This document shows positions 27,510 to 34,622 of a DNA stretch of 64,000 nt, one piece after another. This stretch comes from Bacillota bacterium. Lineage in GTDB: Bacteria; Bacillota; Clostridia; Peptostreptococcales; Anaerovoracaceae. The stretch lies in contig JAEEGU010000051.1 in NCBI GenBank assembly GCA_016280485.1, forward strand, positions 18,166 through 82,165, given 5' to 3'. How positions within the stretch are numbered: position 1 is the first letter of the stretch; each line of letters begins with the position of its first letter. The notes under the pieces were generated by a model. That model searched no databases. It had not been told where the DNA came from and was given only the letters and a program-made list of their open reading frames with translations. The translations under genes were made by a program, and so were the position numbers.

Positions 27510-27602
27510 CGAACACAGGATTTACAAATAATTAAACTTTGCGATATGGATATTATCAAATCTAAATTTTACAGATTATCATATATATTTTCAATTTTCT
27601 GG

Positions 27603-27631
27603 TTGACTTATAGAAAACGCCATTATATAAT
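27603..27631 (+). promoter_or_regulatory. promoter of 27688..28203
   Basis: TTGACT 27603-27608, 17 nt, TATAAT 27626-27631. Confidence 0.65.
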
Positions 27632-27687
27632 AATATCAGTCGTAAAAAATATTATTGCGAATAAACTAATGCTTAGGAGGGAAAAAA

Positions 27688-28203
27688 GTGATACTTAACG
27701 AACTCAATCGCAGTACAGGCTATTACTCCTTCTACGAAAAACGCATTTCTGATCTTGAGACCTTGCAAGTAATGTTTGAGGAGAATGGGGCAAAGCCAAG
27801 CGATGAAATCATTGATTCCGTCGCTTGCCGTGTATGCGTTGTCCCGGTCGTGGTATTCCGCACTACTGAACGCGCTGCCGGCTGCAATTCTTGCCCAGCC
27901 ATGGTACACAAGGACTCGGATCTCGTCTGGAATGGAGTCGTACTGCTTATCCCCAGTAAAGCGGATATTGGTTCACCCGTGTCGCCTGATGTGATTGAAA
28001 AGGAGCTTGCGTCTTGCGATTTTCTCACAGAACAGCAAATTGCGGAAACTGCGGGGAAAGTCTTCAGCAGTTTTGAAAATATAGATCCGGTCTCCCCTGC
28101 TGCGTTTATCATCTGCGACGGAACTGAAATTGACGTCAGCATGAAATCAGCAGTGCTCGGCGCCAGTGAAACTGAGTTTGGGAAAGCTATTTGGGTAGAC
28201 TAA
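27688..28203 (+). CDS. hypothetical protein (opposite-strand cassette under the divergent XRE)
   Basis: GTG start 6 nt after AGGAGGGA. 171 aa. Confidence 0.6.
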   Translation: MILNELNRSTGYYSFYEKRISDLETLQVMFEENGAKPSDEIIDSVACRVCVVPVVVFRTTERAAGCNSCPAMVHKDSDLVWNGVVLLIPSKADIGSPVSPDVIEKELASCDFLTEQQIAETAGKVFSSFENIDPVSPAAFIICDGTEIDVSMKSAVLGASETEFGKAIWVD

Positions 28204-28216
28204 AGCGGATAAAACT

Positions 28217-28248
28217 AAATCCCGGCCTGCAAATGCAGACCGGGATTT
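28217..28248. terminator. bidirectional terminator
   Basis: AAATCCCGG...CCGGGATTT palindromic hairpin between convergent genes. Confidence 0.65.
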
Positions 28249-28267
28249 GTTATCGGTAGAATTTGGA

Positions 28268-28936
28268 TTAGCTGTGAATCTGATTCGCCTCAAATTTCTG
28301 CAGATTGTCAAGCAGTCTCTTTCTGGTTTCATCAATAATAAGATTCTTTTCCGGAAACCATGTGTTTGACAGCGGCGAAAGGCTAAGGTCCAGGCGCCCG
28401 TATTCAGGTTTCAAAAGAATAGATAACGCGTCGTTAAGTTTCAAAAGTTCCTCCGGAGTGAGCTTCTTGAGCGCAGCGTCGATTGTCTTTACTTTTTCGT
28501 AGTTTTGGACGAACGCACGCTCTAACTGACCAATGCACCAACATTGGTCGAACAGATCCGCTTCCTTTTCGAGATCGGCAGGATCTCCTTCACGTATCAA
28601 GCGACAGCCCCAGGAGCCATTCTGAAGTTTTTTCCGCATGACGGTAAGGACTGATTCTTCGCTGCGGTTTTTTGAATATGCAATAGTTTGATCCCAAAGG
28701 GGATGATCCTTCGTCATTTCCACGTTCAGAAAGAGCGTCCGCTTCCAAAACCGAAGCTCTGCCGTAAAATGCGCATCCGCAAATTTTTGTGCGACATCTT
28801 TTGTGCAAAGCCTTTCCTTCAGGAACTCGTAGATTCCGGATCCGATAGGAATATAGTCGTGCCTAATCTCGACTGGATTAGGACTTGCCGGGCCAAATTT
28901 TTGATCGAACTCCTCTATCAAATCTTTCCAGGTCAT
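28268..28936 (-). CDS. hypothetical protein
   Basis: AAAGGAG SD. 222 aa. Last gene of the E3 operon. Confidence 0.65.
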   Translation of the reverse strand: MTWKDLIEEFDQKFGPASPNPVEIRHDYIPIGSGIYEFLKERLCTKDVAQKFADAHFTAELRFWKRTLFLNVEMTKDHPLWDQTIAYSKNRSEESVLTVMRKKLQNGSWGCRLIREGDPADLEKEADLFDQCWCIGQLERAFVQNYEKVKTIDAALKKLTPEELLKLNDALSILLKPEYGRLDLSLSPLSNTWFPEKNLIIDETRKRLLDNLQKFEANQIHS

Positions 28937-28993
28937 TATTTCTCCTTTCTGTTCTGAGGAAGCGGCCCGTTCTCTGGAACAGGCCGCGTTGAG

Positions 28994-29707
28994 TTAAATA
29001 TCGACGTAATAGCACCCGGTAGTCTCACAGACTTCGCCGGATTCTGCGTCGTCTTTCGGGTCGTAAAATCCGGTGGTGCAGGGGCCGAGGCCAAGCGCAT
29101 CCATCAGATCAGCGAAGGCGTTGGCAACATCCTCCGGGAAATTGCCAAAATCCGCTACGTCGGAGATCGTATCAGCAAAAATGTTCTTAAAAAAGAACAT
29201 ATCGCCGTCACTCCAAACCGGAGCGTAGCCCTCGTAGTACCGTTCTTTGGCTGCCTTTGCGATGTCGCAGAGTTCAGACCAAATATCCTTCTGGTCTTTG
29301 CCTTCAACATCTCGACGCAGCGGATTCGTCCACAGCGTATTAGCATAGATCGGATTCAGATAGGCTGTTTCAACAGACGTCTGAATGACCTGCTCTCCTG
29401 CGAGCGTATTGAAGAAGAAGCTCAGTCCTTCGGCCATGATGTCGCTCTTACAGTGAATGCGCGCATCGCTTGCACTCCAAATGACGCTTTCTTTGGGCGC
29501 AGACACCAGAATCCTGCAAATGCAGGAAAACAGATACGCAACTCGTTCGGCAGGTGTTTCCTGGGTCGCTTCCAGCCAGCCGTCTTCTCTGGGGATGCTG
29601 GCCAAGCAGCCTTTGTCCTCTATGAGAATCGGGAGCTTTCCCGTCAGCGTTGGTAACTTGCATTCGCCGCCCTGGGCGAAAATGCACAATTCGGAATCAC
29701 ATAACAT
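28994..29707 (-). CDS. hypothetical protein
   Basis: Start moved to the ATG at 29707 after GAAAGGAG. Acidic C-terminus. Confidence 0.6.
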   Translation of the reverse strand: MLCDSELCIFAQGGECKLPTLTGKLPILIEDKGCLASIPREDGWLEATQETPAERVAYLFSCICRILVSAPKESVIWSASDARIHCKSDIMAEGLSFFFNTLAGEQVIQTSVETAYLNPIYANTLWTNPLRRDVEGKDQKDIWSELCDIAKAAKERYYEGYAPVWSDGDMFFFKNIFADTISDVADFGNFPEDVANAFADLMDALGLGPCTTGFYDPKDDAESGEVCETTGCYYVDI

Positions 29708-29721
29708 TGTGTTCGCTCCTT

Positions 29722-30174
29722 TCAAATATCAAAATCAAGCCGGGGAAAATCATAGTTTGTTTCGTGCTTCTGATTCATTTCTGCAACGCACTCTTCCGGT
29801 GCGTAACAGTTTCCGTTCAAAATAAAGCCGCCCTCATTCAGGAGCCGAGCAAAGCATTTCTTTGCTAATACCCGGTCTTCACCGAAAATGATGTCAGCTT
29901 CTTCTTTGGACATGGAGAGCGTGGCGCCGAGACGAACCCATACGCTTAACTTTTCAATGGATTTTCGGTAGCATTCAGGACAGGAGACCATCTCCCCTTG
30001 CAGCATTTCTGAGAAAGCGGTTATTCCGTGTGCTTTAGTAAAGCATCTTGTGCAAAAGTGCTTGGCACATCTCTCACATTCCCAGATTTCACCATAGTCT
30101 TCTTTCGCTTCTTCCCAGCGAAACTGGGTTCCGCAGATGTCGCATACATAGGTGTCTGAATCCATATGATACAT
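29722..30174 (-). CDS. Cys-rich (double zinc-ribbon-like) protein
   Basis: CDICG...CERCAKHFCTRC...CPEC. GGAGG SD. Confidence 0.65.
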   Translation of the reverse strand: MYHMDSDTYVCDICGTQFRWEEAKEDYGEIWECERCAKHFCTRCFTKAHGITAFSEMLQGEMVSCPECYRKSIEKLSVWVRLGATLSMSKEEADIIFGEDRVLAKKCFARLLNEGGFILNGNCYAPEECVAEMNQKHETNYDFPRLDFDI

Positions 30175-30178
30175 CTAC

Positions 30179-31132
30179 TTATGCCACCTCCTGATACTCG
30201 TGGTTTTCATAGACCTCTTTGAAACCAAAGCCAACAGCGTCGATAATGCCGTTTTCCGTGAGGTCATAGCCGAAGAAGCCGCAGCAGGAATCTACTTCCT
30301 CCCAGTTGTCCGAATTCTCCGGATCCTCTGAGATGTCGATTTCAGCGGGGCTTCCGGTATACTCGTAGGTGCGGTATTCGTACACTTCACCACACAGGTA
30401 ATTGTCGTAAGTTTGCACCTCCTCCTGCATATACTCGATTGCACGAGCTCTCCAGGTTTCTTCGGTCAGGGGCCGCGTCTTCCACGAATACGTCACCAGC
30501 CCGTTCGGGTGAACAACCTCAACCTTGATACGTTCGCCGTTTTCGTCCAGAACGTATTCGCAGGTTTCGGCCATGATCTTTTTCTTTTCTGCGATGATCC
30601 AGCCAACCTGACCGGAATCCCACGGGCAGTAGAATGGATTTGCGGCGCCGCAAGACATCGTGATCCCGCTATGGTCATACAGCCACAGCGGAAGCCATGC
30701 CATGTATGGTTCCAGAAGAGCCTGGCACTGGCCGATAGTCAGGTCGTCGAGCAACCACGCAAGGACGTCTTTCTGCGGAACATCCTTGTACTCCAGGCGT
30801 TCTTCACCATCGGATCTCCCGAAGGGCGGAAAAGAACATGACGACTCGTAGATGTCTTTACTCCCGCGGCAGTCGCGGCTTTCCTCGAAACGGATGCCTT
30901 CAACTTTCCCGGTATTGACCGCCTGGATGAACGCATCATTGGAAATATTATCCATGACAAGCCTTTGCCAGAACTCCTCCGGCGTAGTCACGCCACTGGG
31001 GGTTTCGTCGCCCAGGTTGTACTTCCGATGAAAGCAGGCCATAACACCGAGGTTATAATACTCCTTCCTTGGATTTGGGGCAAAATCGCACTGATTTACC
31101 TCAACGCAGTAGTTTTTGAAATAGTATCTCAT
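30179..31132 (-). CDS. hypothetical protein (first gene after E3)
   Basis: ATG follows the AGAAAGGAAAAACT of copy E3. 317 aa. Contains LYDHSGITMSCG...WDSGQVGWI. Confidence 0.7.
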   Translation of the reverse strand: MRYYFKNYCVEVNQCDFAPNPRKEYYNLGVMACFHRKYNLGDETPSGVTTPEEFWQRLVMDNISNDAFIQAVNTGKVEGIRFEESRDCRGSKDIYESSCSFPPFGRSDGEERLEYKDVPQKDVLAWLLDDLTIGQCQALLEPYMAWLPLWLYDHSGITMSCGAANPFYCPWDSGQVGWIIAEKKKIMAETCEYVLDENGERIKVEVVHPNGLVTYSWKTRPLTEETWRARAIEYMQEEVQTYDNYLCGEVYEYRTYEYTGSPAEIDISEDPENSDNWEEVDSCCGFFGYDLTENGIIDAVGFGFKEVYENHEYQEVA

Positions 31133-31329
31133 AGTTTTTCCTTTCTGCTCACTTGTCCCTGTGAGCCGTTCTTGTGTCCTATCTTCGTGCTATATGTAAA
31201 AAGAGACCTCTCCCGAAGTGGGAAAGATCTCCTGATTACAAAAAAATACTTCGTGAAGATGCCTTTTTGGCATTGATAAACCTTCATAAAGTACAGGATT
31301 AGTATATACTATTATTGAACAGGTGTCAA
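31133..31329 (-). promoter_or_regulatory. Leader-repeat copy E3
   Basis: Minus strand: TTGACA 31329-31324, 17 nt, TATACT 31306-31301, GTAC 31294-31291. Terminator hairpin 31232-31202 plus U5. SD hairpin 31166-31147 with loop AGGGACAA. Confidence 0.8.
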
Positions 31330-31398
31330 TAATTTTTGAAAAATTCTCCAATCTTCTATGTGCGGCCGCCCTGGTTTCCCAGGGCGGCTCATTGTGTT

Positions 31399-31926
31399 TT
31401 ACTTATGCGTGCGAGCGTTCAGCTCGTCATTTGCTGCCGCTTCAGAAATGAAGCAGTTTACGAGCTGCACCGTGTAAAAGACGGTGCCATGAACGCTTTC
31501 TTCATATCCGTAAAGGGCGGTTTCTTCTGCGTTCTCTTCAACTGTGATGCTGAGTACACGGAGGGGTTTCACAACAAGGTTTTTTGTCGTGATCCACCGG
31601 TATAAAGTGTTGAGCTTCTTATCCTGGACGATGGCATAAACCGTATCGCCCGGTTTGACGCTCGTTTGTGACAGAACAGCATGCGCATGAGCTGGCTCGT
31701 CCAGGGAAGACAGTTCTTTTATCCAGGCGTGGATCTTCCCTTCAAAGAAAGCATAGGAGTCATCTTCTTCAGACGAAAGAAACTCTTTTACCCATGCGTC
31801 GAATTGAACATCCATATTCTCCGCGGATAAATCCCACGCCCCCCACAGTTCTGGCCTTTCAGCGATTGCCACGCCAAACTGGACGCAAAGACAGTTGCGG
31901 TAATGGTCTGCAATTGAAATTGTCAT
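31399..31926 (-). CDS. hypothetical protein
   Basis: Internal ATG after the GAGAGGAGAAAG SD. 175 aa. Confidence 0.6.
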   Translation of the reverse strand: MTISIADHYRNCLCVQFGVAIAERPELWGAWDLSAENMDVQFDAWVKEFLSSEEDDSYAFFEGKIHAWIKELSSLDEPAHAHAVLSQTSVKPGDTVYAIVQDKKLNTLYRWITTKNLVVKPLRVLSITVEENAEETALYGYEESVHGTVFYTVQLVNCFISEAAANDELNARTHK

Positions 31927-31940
31927 AGGGCTTTCTCCTC

Positions 31941-32756
31941 TCAGTCTTTTGACGGTAAGAATGGAATGGCGCTCCACTTCCCTGCACTATCCTTGTGCAG
32001 CTCGATTATTGCGCCATTTTCAAGTTCGAATTCGGCCTTTCTCCAGAGTGTCTGATCCGGCAGCTCATTTCCAATGCCAGGTGTTGTGCTCGGCAAGGAA
32101 TATATTTCTCCGCTGTCCACATTTAGAATGCATCTGCGATATATGCCGGCGTAGTTCATCATCGTGATGTGGAGCATACCGACTTGATTGCCTGTAATGC
32201 GCTTATAGTCCTCCAGATAAGAATCCCAGCGCTCTGGAAGCAGATCGTACATATAGCAGACATCCAGATACTCTGATTCAATGAATTCCTCATAGCAGAC
32301 CCAGAGGCTCCCGTTGAATCCGGAATCGATAAGCCAATTAGCAAACAAATCCGAAACAACGTGTTTTCCGGAAAAGGCCTCGTTGTCGTCCGCGTTTTCA
32401 GCATAATCCACAACGGAATCGAACAGGTCCGAAATTGAACGATTGTGTTGCCGCATCCAATCAAGCTGGTATCGATCATACGCACAACGGCGAACGTCAC
32501 GCACATTCTTGACTGTGGCGTTGAGTAAAATCAAATCATCCGGTTTGTTTTTCAGGTCAATCGCAGCCTCAAGCAGGCTGATCTCTTCCCATCCGTCGGT
32601 ATTATCGTCATATTCCCTTAGTACCAGGACGGTTTCGTCGGTTGGCATCTTCAGAACGGATAAGCCGGCTGCTTCCCGTATGAGATACAGGGCATCTCGG
32701 GTCTTCTTGCCGTCTGCGGATACGTCTTGGAATAGTTTTTGTAATTCTTCGTTCAT
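31941..32756 (-). CDS. hypothetical protein
   Basis: Internal ATG after GAAAGGA. 271 aa, acidic. Confidence 0.6.
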   Translation of the reverse strand: MNEELQKLFQDVSADGKKTRDALYLIREAAGLSVLKMPTDETVLVLREYDDNTDGWEEISLLEAAIDLKNKPDDLILLNATVKNVRDVRRCAYDRYQLDWMRQHNRSISDLFDSVVDYAENADDNEAFSGKHVVSDLFANWLIDSGFNGSLWVCYEEFIESEYLDVCYMYDLLPERWDSYLEDYKRITGNQVGMLHITMMNYAGIYRRCILNVDSGEIYSLPSTTPGIGNELPDQTLWRKAEFELENGAIIELHKDSAGKWSAIPFLPSKD

Positions 32757-32807
32757 GCTGTATCCTTTCAGTATTGATCCCGCCCCCAAAATGGGGGCGG
32801 GACATAA

Positions 32808-33128
32808 TCAGATGTTTGCGATCATTACAGACAGGTCAAAGAAGTAACCTTTGATCTTTGAAATGAACGCTTCCGTTGACTCTGTGATAGGTGAAAACCT
32901 GAACTCCTGCTTACGCTGGAGCTTGCGGCTTTCCCATGACCAGGAGAATGAAATCGTTTCGTCAACGATTTCGTACTCGATTGTGAAACGGTCCTGACGG
33001 CTGATCATCTCGGGAACGATATCATCCTGGAACGATTCCATCGCACAGTCAATTACGGACATAATATCCGTCCGTGTATCAAGAAGGCCGGCGGTGTTTA
33101 CACCCTCCAGCGTTTTCCATGTAATCAT
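32808..33128 (-). CDS. small hypothetical protein
   Basis: Internal ATG after GGAAAGGAAAG. 106 aa. Confidence 0.55.
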   Translation of the reverse strand: MITWKTLEGVNTAGLLDTRTDIMSVIDCAMESFQDDIVPEMISRQDRFTIEYEIVDETISFSWSWESRKLQRKQEFRFSPITESTEAFISKIKGYFFDLSVMIANI

Positions 33129-33166
33129 ACGCTTTCCTTTCCGGCTGAGATTAACAGCCTGCACTT

Positions 33167-33544
33167 TTATGCTTCACTTGCTACTTTGGACTTGATGTAG
33201 GTTTCGCATTCCTGCTCGGTGCCGGTGAACACGAAATCATCCTCAAGGCATTCGAAGATGCACTCGACAATGACCTGCTCCGCCGCATCGCCGTACTGCG
33301 ATACCACACATTCTCTGCTGTCGTAACCGAATCCCTGGATATAGTTTAGGATTTCGTTTTCTTCGTAGTCATTGAGGTCAATGACCGTATGGACGACGCC
33401 ATACATTGCAGGAACAGGCCCCTTGATACGATCAAGCTCGGGATACGGGCCCCGCATTTCAATGCATTCCCAGCAACCATCGCCTGAAGAAAGTCTTCTG
33501 AGATGCTGGCTGCTGTCCGGATCTGCCAGATTCCAGTCTTCCAA
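33167..33544 (-). CDS. small acidic protein
   Basis: TTG start 9 nt after AAAGGAG. 125 aa, strongly acidic. Confidence 0.55.
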   Translation of the reverse strand: MEDWNLADPDSSQHLRRLSSGDGCWECIEMRGPYPELDRIKGPVPAMYGVVHTVIDLNDYEENEILNYIQGFGYDSRECVVSQYGDAAEQVIVECIFECLEDDFVFTGTEQECETYIKSKVASEA

Positions 33545-33596
33545 TTTAAGGATCTCCTTTCATTGTACCCGGCCCCGCTGATAGGGGCCGGTATGA

Positions 33597-34130
33597 TTAA
33601 GCTCGTGACGATTCGATAATTGCATCAGCGCTGCGGACCAAAAACTCTGTAAAGCTGACGCCAAGCAAGGACTCAAACGCAGCTTCTATGGAGCGTTGAT
33701 CTTTGGACTGCTTCCAGATATCCAGAAGTTCTGTTGCGCTTTCAGACACAAATGGATTAACGTCGCATATGATGTCGGCAAGAACCGTGTCTGCGTCACG
33801 AAACTTTTCATCGTGTTTTGCTTCACCGAAGATTTTTTGAGCGCCTAAAAGGAACGATACATACCCCTGATTAACTTTTGCGCCTCGCTCCTGAACGAGC
33901 TGACGCAAAAGATCATTTTGCGACTCGGCATAGAAAACCGGATCGTAGGCATACATACGCAGATCGTCGTTTCCGTTGATCTTGGACATTACCATTCCCA
34001 AGAAGCCGTCACTTCTATAACCGGAGAATACAGCGGAATAGATCGGGCTATTTTCTCCGTGCGAAAAATTGACCGTATCTCCCGGTTCTAAAAGCGCCTT
34101 ATACAAAGATTGATTTACGATTTTTCTCAT
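33597..34130 (-). CDS. hypothetical protein
   Basis: ACGGAGAAGG SD. 177 aa. Confidence 0.6.
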   Translation of the reverse strand: MRKIVNQSLYKALLEPGDTVNFSHGENSPIYSAVFSGYRSDGFLGMVMSKINGNDDLRMYAYDPVFYAESQNDLLRQLVQERGAKVNQGYVSFLLGAQKIFGEAKHDEKFRDADTVLADIICDVNPFVSESATELLDIWKQSKDQRSIEAAFESLLGVSFTEFLVRSADAIIESSRA

Positions 34131-34142
34131 AAACCTTCTCCG

Positions 34143-34559
34143 TTACCAAGGGATGATTTCGTCGCCATCCTCGAAGCAGACAGCGTGATTGCATTCCTCC
34201 GGCTGCTCCCGGTCTGTTTCTTCGTACATGGCGTCCAGGCCAGGAACCTCTTCCCTTTCGATCAGGGCAGTCCATTGGGCGGGAGTGAGCTCGACGTCGA
34301 AGCTTCTCCTGTGTGTAACCTCGACAGTCACGTTCACCGTCACCGGGGTCATTCCGATACCAGGGAAATTGTGTTCACCTCTATTGATTGCTTCTACCTC
34401 GGCTTTGCAGGCATCCTCGTAATCCGGATGCTTCTGTTCCGCCCTCTTACAAGCGTCACAGATGCAGTCCAGATTGAACTTCGACATGATGCGGCCTTCG
34501 CCGGGCGTGAATTCGTGACCGCAGCGGTCACACCGCTTTTTCGTAAAAAAATCATCCAT
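34143..34559 (-). CDS. zinc-ribbon protein
   Basis: Internal ATG after the GGAGGAAA SD. CDRCGH...CICDAC. Confidence 0.6.
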   Translation of the reverse strand: MDDFFTKKRCDRCGHEFTPGEGRIMSKFNLDCICDACKRAEQKHPDYEDACKAEVEAINRGEHNFPGIGMTPVTVNVTVEVTHRRSFDVELTPAQWTALIEREEVPGLDAMYEETDREQPEECNHAVCFEDGDEIIPW

Positions 34560-34622
34560 GATTATTTCCTCCATGTTCATCTTGCATGAGGGGGAGCCGG
34601 AATAAACCGACTCCCCCAACAC

